Shown piece by piece: positions 40,371 through 55,022 of a stretch of 64,000 nt of DNA. The notes under the pieces are model-generated. The model made no database searches. It saw nothing but the letters and a program-made list of their open reading frames with translations, and was not told the origin of the DNA. Source of the stretch: Synergistales bacterium (GTDB lineage: Bacteria > Synergistota > Synergistia > Synergistales > JAFGMB01); contig OY762654.1 of assembly GCA_963666205.1 (NCBI GenBank), positions 640,001 to 704,000 on the forward strand, written 5' to 3'. How positions within the stretch are numbered: position 1 is the stretch's first letter; each line of letters opens with the position of its first letter. The position numbers and the translations under genes are program-made.

Positions 40371-41765
40371 TTATACAAATAGACTATTTACAGGACCAGC
40401 ACCGCTGTAGAAATCAGCCATTTTGGAACGGATATCAGTGGGGGTAGTCACCATAAGCTCAATATTCAGGCCTGTAAAAGTACGAAGTTCATCAATAGCG
40501 AGAAGATTAAGTGGTTCAGCTATCGCTATCCTGAGAATGGAATTACCCTCTATTGAAAGGGGTATTACTTCCAGCCTTTGAGCAAGAATTTGCGGAACAA
40601 GGTTAAGGGCTTCAGGAGAAGGCCTGTAATGTCCCAGAGATATCATGGGTAGCCCAAGTTGGGCGCTTATTGCCCTTGCAAGCTGTTTTTCGGTTATTAC
40701 GCCGTTTTTGATAAAGATGTCACCAAGACGCATCCGGTTGACCCTTTGCTCTTCTAATCCATCATTAAGCTGACTACGGGTGAGAACACCATCATTCATA
40801 AGCAGATCTCCAAGAAGAGCCCCTTTCTGGGTTATTCTCTCGGAAATAAGCCCCTCCATTTCAATAACCCTGTAGAACCTGGGTAATTCCCTTCTCAAGG
40901 CTGAGGGGAGAGCCAATACATACTCAATATTGCATTGGGTGAGTGTTCTAAGCTCTTCTACTGCAGAAGCGCTTAAAAGATTGGAGACAGCAAGCTGTAA
41001 TACATTACCCTGCAAAACAGAGAGAGGCAGGACTGCATATTTTTCAGCAAAGGAACGGGGAACTTTTTTTAATGCTGGTGGGGAAGGTTCATGGCTGGCA
41101 AGGAGAACCATGGGAATGTGCAATTGTCTACTCATGGCATCCGTGAGTTGAAGTTCATTTATCCATTGATGCTCAACTATTATCTCACCCAGTTTTTTAC
41201 CTGAGGTTTTCTGTTCTTCAAGGGCCATATTAAGCTGTTTTTCTGATATAAGGCCAGCAGTAAAAAGAACCTCGCCGAGACGAAAGCTTTTTTCAGATTC
41301 AAAACTGGCATGAGCACAGTTCTTGAGCCTGTAAAACCTGTCTATAGCAGCTTTGATATCAGAACAGGTCGCTACAGCAAGTTCTACCTCAAGACCGGTT
41401 ATAAGGTGGATTTCATCAATCGCGAGCACATTAAGTGGTTCCGAGATGGCAATTCTGAGCTTGCTTTCATCTAATATCTCGATAGGAAAGATATCCAGTC
41501 TTTCTGCCACATTGCTGGGTATAAGTTCTATGGCGGCAGTTTCAGGTATTATTTCCGGAAGACTTATGAATGGAATAAAAAGCTGTTGGCTTATCCCTTT
41601 CATAAGGCCAATTTCAGAAATCCATCCATTGGAAACAAGGATTTCCCCAAGGCGTTTTCGTGTTGTTTTCTGTTGGGTCAAAGCCGAGTCCAGCTGGGCT
41701 TCAGTTATCAGACCGTGAGCTACAAGGACACTCCCCAGAAGATTACTTTTACCATGATAATCCAT
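40371..41765 (-). CDS. Stand-alone protein of three tandem MshEN / T2SSE_N modules, no ATPase
   Basis: Six (R/L/K)LGxxLxxxGxxxxxxLxxxxxxQ half-motifs in three pairs, each followed by a PilB N-terminal-like domain; no Walker A. Confidence 0.85.
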   Translation of the reverse strand: MDYHGKSNLLGSVLVAHGLITEAQLDSALTQQKTTRKRLGEILVSNGWISEIGLMKGISQQLFIPFISLPEIIPETAAIELIPSNVAERLDIFPIEILDESKLRIAISEPLNVLAIDEIHLITGLEVELAVATCSDIKAAIDRFYRLKNCAHASFESEKSFRLGEVLFTAGLISEKQLNMALEEQKTSGKKLGEIIVEHQWINELQLTDAMSRQLHIPMVLLASHEPSPPALKKVPRSFAEKYAVLPLSVLQGNVLQLAVSNLLSASAVEELRTLTQCNIEYVLALPSALRRELPRFYRVIEMEGLISERITQKGALLGDLLMNDGVLTRSQLNDGLEEQRVNRMRLGDIFIKNGVITEKQLARAISAQLGLPMISLGHYRPSPEALNLVPQILAQRLEVIPLSIEGNSILRIAIAEPLNLLAIDELRTFTGLNIELMVTTPTDIRSKMADFYSGAGPVNSLFV

Positions 41766-42036
41766 TAGGTCAACCTCTCTCCTCTGTAATATACCGATAC
41801 AGCCAGACAGTACATATTTTCTTTTTATCAGTTAATAAGTATATCACTTATTTCCGACACTCGTTAAATGATATTAATATGTGAATATTAAGCAATATAT
41901 AATATATAACTAGTTAGAAAACAAGGGGAGGAAAGAACAGAGACAAAGAAGACTTTTCAATTATTCCAGGGAAAGATCGGGAATAGGGAATCCTGAAAAG
42001 ACTGGACCAGATATCATGTTTACCATAAGAAAAAGA

Positions 42037-42155
42037 CCTCTGGCAGCGACCTACTCTCCCACGGATACCCTCCGCAGTACCATCGGCGCTGGAGGGCTTA
42101 ACTGCCGGGTTCGGCATGGAACCGGGTGTACCCCCTCCGCTATTACCACCAGAGA
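42037..42155 (-). rRNA. rrf: 5S rRNA (distal copy)
   Basis: CCGAAC..GTTAAGC..GCCGATGGTAC..GGGAGAGTAGGTCGCTGCC. Confidence 0.96.
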
Positions 42156-42203
42156 TCTTCTAAAAGAAATCAGCACTTAAAGTTGTGTAAAAAGCAAAAA
42201 AGG

Positions 42204-42322
42204 TTTCTGGCAGCGACCTACTCTCCCACGGATACCCTCCGCAGTACCATCGGCGCTGGAGGGCTTAACTGCCGGGTTCGGCATGGAACCGGGTGTACCC
42301 CCTCCGCTATTACCACCAGAAA
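42204..42322 (-). rRNA. rrf: 5S rRNA (proximal copy)
   Basis: Same sequence as the distal copy except the termini. Confidence 0.96.
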
Positions 42323-42389
42323 CCTTATTTAAATCTATACCCGTACGGGTCAAGACAGAAGAACAAGGTGTTTTACTTAAATCAGTAGA

Positions 42390-45385
<2,996 letters not shown>

Positions 45386-45513
45386 TACATTCTACTGATT
45401 TAAGTAACTTCACCTATTCTGCTGTCAAGGTCCTGTACGGGCAGTTCTTATAGACAGGTAAAAGAAAGAATAACTCACCATCATTTCGTGTTACATAAGC
45501 CCCTGAGGGCTCT

Positions 45514-47052
<1,539 letters not shown>

Positions 47053-47139
47053 ATCCTGTCTGGCTCGCTCTTCTTTCTCTTCCTGCCTATAAAACTGTCA
47101 AGGTTCTTGAAACCGCGCTCAGTCGTGCAGCGCTCGGGT

Positions 47140-47167
47140 ATAATATCATTTTTAAAATAGAAGTCAA
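47140..47167 (-). promoter_or_regulatory. rRNA operon promoter
   Basis: TTGACT-16 bp-TATTAT followed by a GC-rich discriminator. Confidence 0.65.
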
Positions 47168-47576
47168 GACCTAAACTGTCTTTTTCTTTACATAGTTGTA
47201 ATATTTTCAGCACCCTTTCAGGTCACTCATTGCTACTGGGTACTATATGTCCTTGTGAATACTGGTTTTTTACACATTATTACTACCCTTTCAAATTATA
47301 CGACCTATCCGGTTTTCTTTATGAAAATCTCGTGCACGAATCCTTCTAGCACTAATTAACATGTTAACGATTGACATGTTTTCGATAGAATGCAATTATA
47401 TGATTAGTTGTATATTTGTATAGTCAACTTTTCTTCATACCCATCCTTAATATGTAAACTTCTTTTCATTCTTTTCTAGCCACATCCTGAATTCCGGGAG
47501 GTGATAGAACTTACCGTATTTCCAGGGGGAAGTATTTCGGGGTTGAAAACAAGTATTACTAGAAAGGAAGGGGAAA

Positions 47577-49208
47577 ATGAATAAGAGATCTTTTCTGATA
47601 ATTGCGCTGTTTGTATGTCTGACTATTATCACGTCCGGTGTTGGTATGGCAGCTGATGCTCCTAAATATGGAGGAGTACTGAAATGGCGGGAAATAAATG
47701 ACCCACCCAAGGGCGATCCGGCAATGGCTACTGACACTGTATCCAGCAGGATGATACTTTGTATCTTTGATACTCTTGTTGAGAACCATCCTGATGGAGA
47801 GGGCATCCTTCCAGCCCTGGCCGAAAGTTGGGAAGGTAATGAAGACGGCACAATCTGGAAGTTCCACCTACGTAAAGGTGTAAGATTCCAGAAAGAACAC
47901 ATGGGAAAGCCTACAGAGAATAAAGGAAGAGAAGTTAAAGCAGCTGACTGGAAATACTCCTTCGAAAGGCTCGTCCATGTAAATTCACCGAGAGCATATT
48001 TCCTGGACATGCTTAAGGGATACCAGGATTTTGTTGATGGCAAGGTTCAGGAATGGACTGGTATCAAAGTAATTGATGACTATACCCTTCAGTTTGAACT
48101 GGAATATTCCTTCGCCCCCTTTGTTTCAGTCCTTGCCTATAATTCCTTTATGGTGATCCCCAAAGAAGATGCAGATAAATGGGGCAAGGATTTTAATTTC
48201 CACCCCATTGGAACAGGTGCTTTCGTTCTGGATAAGTGGGAACATGATCAAAAAGTGGTTCTTAAGAGAAACCCCGATTACTGGAGAAAAGATGCGGATG
48301 GAAACGCTATGCCCTATCTTGACTCGGTGGAAATAATGGTCATTCCCGATAACACTATAGCTTATCAGGAGTTTAAAAAGGGTAATATTGATGCCTTCCC
48401 TGATTTCCCGGATGAATTCTACGTTGAAGCAAAGGAAAAGTTCGGGAACTTATTCCAGGAACGACCATGGGTAGGTACCTATTATTATGGATTCAACAAC
48501 AGCAAACCACCATTTAAAGATAATAAAGATCTCCGTCAGGCCTTCAACTATGCAGTTAATAGGGAACTTATCAGCGAGCTTGTCCTGGAAGGTCGTTATT
48601 CTGCCGGTAAAGGCGTTCTTCCTCCGGGTATGCCCGGATATAACAAGGACCTGAAGGGGTATTCCTTCGATCCGGTCAAGGCAAAGACTCTCCTTGCAGC
48701 TGCTGGATATCCAAATGGGATAGAGGTCGAACTCCAGGTTAACAACAACCCAAGACACAGAGCTGTAGCGGAGGCTATACAGGCTCAGCTTATGGATCTT
48801 GGAATCAAACTCAATCTCAAGATCCTCGACTGGGGCGTCCATCTTGATATGTGCGAAAGAGCTGAAACCCAGATGTTCCGCATGGGTTGGGTAGTTGACT
48901 ACATGGACCCGGATAATTTCCTCTTTGTACTGCTTCATTCTGACAATCACGGGGCAAAAGGAAATTATTCATTCTACAAAAACCCGGAAGTAGATAAGCT
49001 TCTTGCTGAAGCTCGAATAGAGACTGACTGGAACAAGAGGATGTCTCTTTACCGGAAAGCCGAGCAGATGATCGTGGAAGATGCTCCCTGGATATTCCTT
49101 TTCCACTACTCCACCAGTCTTCTTGCCCAGGAGTGGGTCAAGGGTATTTACCTCCCAGCAATGGGTGATTATTATACTGCCCTCTACAACGTCTGGATAA
49201 ACAGGTAA
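47577..49208 (+). CDS. Peptide ABC transporter substrate-binding protein (family 5)
   Basis: Signal peptide; LAESWE, F.LRKGV.F, PIGTG.F, LRQA.NYAVNR, GW..DY.DPDNF. Confidence 0.95.
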   Translation: MNKRSFLIIALFVCLTIITSGVGMAADAPKYGGVLKWREINDPPKGDPAMATDTVSSRMILCIFDTLVENHPDGEGILPALAESWEGNEDGTIWKFHLRKGVRFQKEHMGKPTENKGREVKAADWKYSFERLVHVNSPRAYFLDMLKGYQDFVDGKVQEWTGIKVIDDYTLQFELEYSFAPFVSVLAYNSFMVIPKEDADKWGKDFNFHPIGTGAFVLDKWEHDQKVVLKRNPDYWRKDADGNAMPYLDSVEIMVIPDNTIAYQEFKKGNIDAFPDFPDEFYVEAKEKFGNLFQERPWVGTYYYGFNNSKPPFKDNKDLRQAFNYAVNRELISELVLEGRYSAGKGVLPPGMPGYNKDLKGYSFDPVKAKTLLAAAGYPNGIEVELQVNNNPRHRAVAEAIQAQLMDLGIKLNLKILDWGVHLDMCERAETQMFRMGWVVDYMDPDNFLFVLLHSDNHGAKGNYSFYKNPEVDKLLAEARIETDWNKRMSLYRKAEQMIVEDAPWIFLFHYSTSLLAQEWVKGIYLPAMGDYYTALYNVWINR

Positions 49209-49289
49209 ATTCAGTAATTGCACTCAATTACAGGAGGACGGTAATACCGTTCTCCTGGCCTTTTCCATGAAAAAGCACAAAAGAGAGGC

Positions 49290-50225
49290 GTGATCAGAAT
49301 GCTTTCTTACATTATAAGAAGACTTCTCTATACTGTCCCGGTGATCTGGGGAGTTGTAACGGTAGTATTTCTTTTGATGGCTGTTGTCCCAGGGGATCCA
49401 GCCAGAATTATGATGGGACAGAGAGGAGATCCGGAAACCCTTGCCCGAATAAGATCTGATCTGGGTCTGGATCTTCCTATTCACCAACAGTATTTCCGTT
49501 TTTTAAAGGAAGTTGCAAAAGGGGATTTCGGAACATCCTACAGGACAAACCAGAAAGTTTCCCATGCCATCGTCGAAAGATTTCCTGCTACATTCCGACT
49601 TGCCTTCTGGGCCATGATATTCGCTTCAACAATCGGAGTAACGGCCGGCATCCTATCAGCGGTAAAACAATACTCATTCTTCGATTATTCTGCCATGTTC
49701 TTCGCGATAGCAGGTGTTAGTGCGCCGGTTTTCTGGGTTGGGCTGATCCTCCTTTTCATATTTGCCTATAACTTGAATTTCATTCCGGGGGTCGGATATG
49801 GAGATGGAAGTGTCCTGTATCTTATACTTCCGGTTATAACCCTGGGTGTCAGACCTGCTGCTCTTATTGCCCGTCTTACCCGTTCCTGCATGCTGGAAGT
49901 ACTGAACCAGGACTACATAAGAACTGCTCGAGCAAAGGGATTAGGAGAAAAAACAGTGATCCTAAAACATGCTCTTAAAAATGCCATGATCCCTGTCATC
50001 ACGATAATAGGCACTCAACTTTCCGCTCTTCTCTCCGGGGCAGTTCTTACAGAGACTATTTTCGCATGGCCCGGAATAGGCCGTCTTGCTGTTGAAGCAC
50101 TGGTAGCAAGAGATTTTCCAATGATCAGAGGAACGGTTATTTTTATGGCTCTCATTTTCCTTGTCGCAAATATCGCAGTAGATATCTCTTACGGCTTCAT
50201 TGACCCAAGGGTCAGATACAGCTAG
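49290..50225 (+). CDS. Peptide ABC permease (DppB/OppB-like)
   Basis: PGDPA, GD.G.S, DYIRTARAKGL, ET.FAWPG.G, DPR. Confidence 0.95.
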   Translation: MIRMLSYIIRRLLYTVPVIWGVVTVVFLLMAVVPGDPARIMMGQRGDPETLARIRSDLGLDLPIHQQYFRFLKEVAKGDFGTSYRTNQKVSHAIVERFPATFRLAFWAMIFASTIGVTAGILSAVKQYSFFDYSAMFFAIAGVSAPVFWVGLILLFIFAYNLNFIPGVGYGDGSVLYLILPVITLGVRPAALIARLTRSCMLEVLNQDYIRTARAKGLGEKTVILKHALKNAMIPVITIIGTQLSALLSGAVLTETIFAWPGIGRLAVEALVARDFPMIRGTVIFMALIFLVANIAVDISYGFIDPRVRYS

Positions 50226-50230
50226 AGGTT

Positions 50231-51133
50231 ATGATCATGGGCAAAGGGAAAAATAACAACAGCACCAGACATGGTAATTTATGGTATGAAGCCTGGCTCA
50301 GATTTAAAAGGAACAGGCTTGCCATGGTAGGATTGATAATGGTCATATCCGTAATTCTGATCGCCATTTTTGCACCCTACATAGCCCCTTATGATCCATT
50401 CAAACAACTGATCTGGACAGAGGGTAAAGCCATCAAACTCGCACCACCAAGTTATTCTCACTTAATGGGGACTGATTTCTACGGAAGGGACGTTCTAAGC
50501 AGAATAATTTTCGGAGCAAGGATATCTCTTCAGATAGGTATCTTTGCTACCATTGTCTCCCTTCTTATAGGAGTTCCTCTTGGTGCCCTTGCAGGTTACT
50601 TCCCGGGTTGGGTGGACGACATGATATCATGGCTCATCAATGTGGTTTTTGCCTTTCCCTTCATTCTCTTTGTCCTGGCCGTAGTAGCGGTATTCAAAAA
50701 CCCCAGCATGATAGTTATCTATCTGGCCATAGGACTTGTAACATGGGTACAGATCGCTCGAGTCGTGAGAGCCCAGTTCATCTCCCTCCGTGAAAGAGAA
50801 TTTGTCGAAGCAGCAAGAGCTCTAGGTCTTCCAACCTGGAGAATAATCTTTATTCACATTCTACCTAATGCGCTGGCACCTGTAATCGTTCAGGCAACTC
50901 TGGGCATGGGAAGTATCATAATGATAGAAGCCGGACTTGCATTTCTCGGATTCGGTGCTCAACCCCCAACTCCAAGCTGGGGACTGATGATATCCATAGG
51001 ACAGAAATTCCTTGCTACAGGGCACTGGTGGTGGGCTATTTTCCCTGGTCTGGCAATTATGTATACTGTGCTGGCCTTTAACTTCCTGGGTGACGGTCTA
51101 CGGGATGCCCTTGATGTGCGCTTGAAGAGGTAG
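50231..51133 (+). CDS. Peptide ABC permease (DppC/OppC-like)
   Basis: GTD..GRDV.SR, EFVEAARALG, PSWG.M, GDGLRDALD. Confidence 0.95.
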   Translation: MIMGKGKNNNSTRHGNLWYEAWLRFKRNRLAMVGLIMVISVILIAIFAPYIAPYDPFKQLIWTEGKAIKLAPPSYSHLMGTDFYGRDVLSRIIFGARISLQIGIFATIVSLLIGVPLGALAGYFPGWVDDMISWLINVVFAFPFILFVLAVVAVFKNPSMIVIYLAIGLVTWVQIARVVRAQFISLREREFVEAARALGLPTWRIIFIHILPNALAPVIVQATLGMGSIIMIEAGLAFLGFGAQPPTPSWGLMISIGQKFLATGHWWWAIFPGLAIMYTVLAFNFLGDGLRDALDVRLKR

Positions 51134-52138
51134 GTGGCTCAAATGACATTACTGGAAGTCAAGAACCTCAAAACATATTTTGATACTGACCGAGGCACTG
51201 TGAAGGCGGTAGATGACGTTTCTTTCTGTATCAACCCAGGGGAAACACTTGGTATCGTTGGCGAGTCTGGCTGCGGGAAAAGTGTAACTTCCCTCTCCAT
51301 CATCCAGTTAGTTGCTAAACCCGTTGGAAGAATAGCTGGAGGAAAGGTCCTTCTGAAAGGAAAGGATCTCCTTCAACTTTCAGAAGACCAGATGCAGTCC
51401 ATAAGAGGAAATGATATTTCAATGATCTTCCAGGAACCGATGACAAGCCTTAATCCAGTCTTCACAATAGGCGATCAGATAGTTGAACCATTAACTCTCC
51501 ATCAGAAACTACGAAAAAAAGAGGCTAGAGAAAAAACAATAGAAATGCTGAAAGTTGTCGGTATCCCTAACCCCGAACGAAGGGTTGATGAATATCCGCA
51601 TCAACTCTCCGGCGGACAAAGACAAAGAGCCATGATTGCAATGGCCCTGGCATGTAATCCAGCCCTTCTGATAGCAGATGAACCGACTACAGCTCTCGAT
51701 GTAACAGTACAAGCCCAGATCCTTGAACTTATGAACAACCTTAAGAAAGAGTTTAATTCAGCTATAATGCTTATTACTCATGACCTTGGAGTTATTGCTG
51801 AAACAGCCCAGAGAGTTGTAGTGATGTATGCTGGCAAAGTGGTCGAAGAAGCTGAAGTAGTCGCTCTTTTCACATCTCCGCGACATCCCTACACAAAAGG
51901 CCTTCTAAGATCCATTCCAAAACTGACTGAAGAAAGGGAAAGACTTGATGTCATAGAAGGAATAGTCCCTAATCCCCTTGATTTCCCCTCTGGATGCCGG
52001 TTTCACAATAGATGCCCCCATTGTTTTGAAAAATGCCGAGCAGAGGAACCTCCCCTCTATCTGCTTAAAGGGCAAAGAACTGTACGATGCTGGCTATTTG
52101 AATCATCTTCAGACAAGGCTGGTGATGAAGATGATTAA
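51134..52138 (+). CDS. Peptide ABC ATPase (DppD/OppD-like)
   Basis: [27 protein letters not shown]-terminal Cys cluster. Confidence 0.96.
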   Translation: MAQMTLLEVKNLKTYFDTDRGTVKAVDDVSFCINPGETLGIVGESGCGKSVTSLSIIQLVAKPVGRIAGGKVLLKGKDLLQLSEDQMQSIRGNDISMIFQEPMTSLNPVFTIGDQIVEPLTLHQKLRKKEAREKTIEMLKVVGIPNPERRVDEYPHQLSGGQRQRAMIAMALACNPALLIADEPTTALDVTVQAQILELMNNLKKEFNSAIMLITHDLGVIAETAQRVVVMYAGKVVEEAEVVALFTSPRHPYTKGLLRSIPKLTEERERLDVIEGIVPNPLDFPSGCRFHNRCPHCFEKCRAEEPPLYLLKGQRTVRCWLFESSSDKAGDEDD

Positions 52139-53114
52139 ACCCGGAAATGATTATCTGACAGTAACAGGATTGAAAAAATATTTCCCCATCAGGAAGGGGA
52201 TCTTTAAAAAGACAATAGGGCATGTTCATGCTGTAGATGATATTTCCTTTTTCGTCAGAAAAAGAGAGACCCTGGGGCTGGTCGGAGAATCCGGCTGCGG
52301 TAAAACGACTGCAGGGAGAACCCTGCTTCATCTTTTGGAGCCCACAGAAGGTCAGGTATATTTCCGCGGCGAGGACGTAGCGCTTCTACTTGCAAAAGAC
52401 CCAGCAAAGATCAGACGTAATATGCAGATAATCTTTCAGGATCCCTATGGAAGTCTCAATCCGCGGATCACTGTAAGAGATATTGTAGGAGAAGCTGTTA
52501 AATATCATGGTCTTTACAAGGGAAAAGACCTTGATAATTATGTTGCTGAGGTCCTTCAGAAATGTGGTTTGAGGCCTGAACATCGATTTCGATATCCACA
52601 TGAATTTTCAGGTGGGCAGAGACAGAGAATAGGGATCGCAAGGGCCCTTGCACTCAAGCCCAGGTTCGTAGTCTGTGATGAACCCGTATCAGCACTGGAT
52701 GTTTCCATTCAGAGTCAGATTCTGAACCTTCTAAATGATCTCCAGGAGGAGATGAATCTTACATATCTTTTCATTTCCCATGATCTCTCTGTAGTTAAAC
52801 ATATTTCAGACAGGATAGCCATTATGTACCTGGGAAAGATCGTTGAACTTGCTGCAAAAAAAGAGTTCTTTGCAAATCCGCTTCACCCATATACCCAGGC
52901 GTTGCTCTCTGCGATTCCCATACCGGATCCGACCATGAAAAGCACCAGGGTTATTCTTGAAGGAGATGTCCCTTCTCCTGCCAATCCACCATCGGGCTGC
53001 ACTTTCCATACAAGATGTCCCTACGCTATGAAAAGATGCAGAACGGAGGAACCCAGATTTGAGAATCAGGGGAATGAACATTTTGTTACATGTTTCCTGC
53101 ATCAGAATGACTGA
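52125..53114 (+). CDS. Peptide ABC ATPase (DppF/OppF-like)
   Basis: [36 protein letters not shown]; likely start 52125 or 52131. Confidence 0.96.
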   Translation: MKMIKPGNDYLTVTGLKKYFPIRKGIFKKTIGHVHAVDDISFFVRKRETLGLVGESGCGKTTAGRTLLHLLEPTEGQVYFRGEDVALLLAKDPAKIRRNMQIIFQDPYGSLNPRITVRDIVGEAVKYHGLYKGKDLDNYVAEVLQKCGLRPEHRFRYPHEFSGGQRQRIGIARALALKPRFVVCDEPVSALDVSIQSQILNLLNDLQEEMNLTYLFISHDLSVVKHISDRIAIMYLGKIVELAAKKEFFANPLHPYTQALLSAIPIPDPTMKSTRVILEGDVPSPANPPSGCTFHTRCPYAMKRCRTEEPRFENQGNEHFVTCFLHQND

Positions 53115-53390
53115 ATTTATCCGGGGGATGGTGCAATTTCATCCCCTTCAGACTTCCAGTTATTATCAAATAATCACCAGATATTTACTCTTTCTCATAA
53201 CAGCTTTTTTAAACTTTCTCCTCGGGCTCGAACAATTATTCTTGTTTCCTCTTGTAATGAAGATCTATAAGGGCCTTCACGTTCTTTTTAAAGGGAAATA
53301 TGGCTTGACAGGTATCTGAAATAGAATAATAGAGGGCACTCCGCAAAGGATTTACACCTTCAAATTAAGGTTCTATAGCAATTGAATATA

Positions 53391-53415
53391 AAAAAAGCTC
53401 CCCTTCCGGGGAGCA
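53391..53415 (-). terminator. Terminator after proS
   Basis: GCTCCCC-GGAA-GGGGAGC plus T run. Confidence 0.8.
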
Positions 53416-53442
53416 ATAATACAGGATATAGAAAATGGAATA

Positions 53443-54882
53443 TCAGTACGATCTGGCAAAAATAGCCATTTTAGCGTTATCCTTACCGGTGAAGAAGCAC
53501 TTTCCTGTAGAAGTATCCTCCAGCGGGAAACAGCGGACGGTAGCACCTGTTTCCTCTTTGATCTTCTTTTCTTCAGCAATTCCGCCTGCAAAATAGGCTT
53601 TAAGAAAACCTCCACTGGTCTCAAGGACGGATTTGAATTCTGCAAAATCAGAAACCTGAAAAGTATTGTCATTTCTGAAATTCAAGGCCCTGTTATAAAG
53701 ATCATTATGGATCTGTTCCAGAATTGCGGGAACGGAAGTTTCGACATCAGAGATGGGTAACAGCATCTTTTCCCGGTTATCCCTTCTAACTGCAAGGACA
53801 GATCCCTGCTCCAGATCCCTTTCTCCAAGTTCCAGTCTAAGGGGAACTCCTTTCTGGAGATGTCTGAAGAAACGATCTCCAGGTCTCATATGGAATTCGG
53901 TATCTACAACTACACTTCTCGAACCCAGAACATTATTAAGCCTGTTCGCCAACTCCGTTGCTGAAGGGAGAATACTGTTGTTCAGTTTATTTTCATCTTT
54001 GCTTATTGGTATTATAACTACCTTAACAGGAGCAACTCTGGGAGGAAGGATCAGTCCGTCATTATCTGAGTGGGTCATTATTAAAGCACCGATAAGCCTG
54101 GTTGAAACACCCCAGCTTGTTGTCCATGCATATTCCAGATCGAGGTTCTGGTTCTGGAACTGTATTTCAAAGGCTTTAGCAAAGTTCTGCCCCATGAAAT
54201 GGCTTGTCCCCGACTGAAGTGCCTTTTTATCGCTCATCATTGCTTCACATGTAAATGTGTTCTCTGCACCGGGGAAACGTTCCCCTTCTGATTTTTCGCC
54301 TGCAATGACAGGGAGTGCAAGTATCTCAGTCATTATGGTCCTGTAAACTTCAAGCATTTTAAGCGTTTCTTCCAAAGCCTCTTTTCTGGTGGCATGGGCT
54401 GTATGGCCCTCCTGCCAGAGAAATTCAGAAGTCCTCAGGAAAAGTCGGGATCTTTTTTCCCACCTCATAACATTTGCCCACTGATTGATAAGTATGGGAA
54501 GATCTCTCCAGGACTGAACCCATTTGCTATACATATGCCCGATAACAGTTTCCGATGTGGGACGGATCACAAGGGCTTCCTCCAGCTCTTCACCTCCAGC
54601 ATGGGTTACAACTGCGCATTCAGGAGCAAAACCTTCAACATGCTCAGCCTCTTTTTCAAGAAATGAAATTGGTATCAGAAGTGGGAAATAGGCGTTAACA
54701 TGGCCGGTTTCCTTAAAAGCTTCATCAAAATATTTCTGTATGGATTCCCATATGGAATAGCCTGTAGGACGAATAACCATACAGCCACGTACCGGAGCGT
54801 AATCTGCAAGTTCCGCCGTTCTGATAACGTCCAGATACCATTGGGAATAGTCCTGTTCTTTAGGTGTTATATTTCTAGCCAT
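53443..54882 (-). CDS. proS: Proline--tRNA ligase, archaeal/eukaryotic type
   Basis: RPTSET, QWANVMRWE, FLRTSEFLWQEGHTAH, TSWGVSTR, C-terminal FARSY; no insertion editing domain. Confidence 0.97.
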   Translation of the reverse strand: MARNITPKEQDYSQWYLDVIRTAELADYAPVRGCMVIRPTGYSIWESIQKYFDEAFKETGHVNAYFPLLIPISFLEKEAEHVEGFAPECAVVTHAGGEELEEALVIRPTSETVIGHMYSKWVQSWRDLPILINQWANVMRWEKRSRLFLRTSEFLWQEGHTAHATRKEALEETLKMLEVYRTIMTEILALPVIAGEKSEGERFPGAENTFTCEAMMSDKKALQSGTSHFMGQNFAKAFEIQFQNQNLDLEYAWTTSWGVSTRLIGALIMTHSDNDGLILPPRVAPVKVVIIPISKDENKLNNSILPSATELANRLNNVLGSRSVVVDTEFHMRPGDRFFRHLQKGVPLRLELGERDLEQGSVLAVRRDNREKMLLPISDVETSVPAILEQIHNDLYNRALNFRNDNTFQVSDFAEFKSVLETSGGFLKAYFAGGIAEEKKIKEETGATVRCFPLEDTSTGKCFFTGKDNAKMAIFARSY

Positions 54883-55022
54883 TCTTCCGCCTCACAATCA
54901 AAAGGATTTCGAGAAAAGGATACTGGCAAAAAGAACTCTTTTGCCAGTATCCTTATGTTCATTACTCCTAAAGGATATTTGACATTTTAGTCGTTTTTTA
55001 CTCTACAATGCAAGTATCCCTT

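Noticed and set aside
53443-54882. Archaeal/eukaryotic-type ProRS as a novelty
   Set aside because: This form is well known in many bacterial phyla
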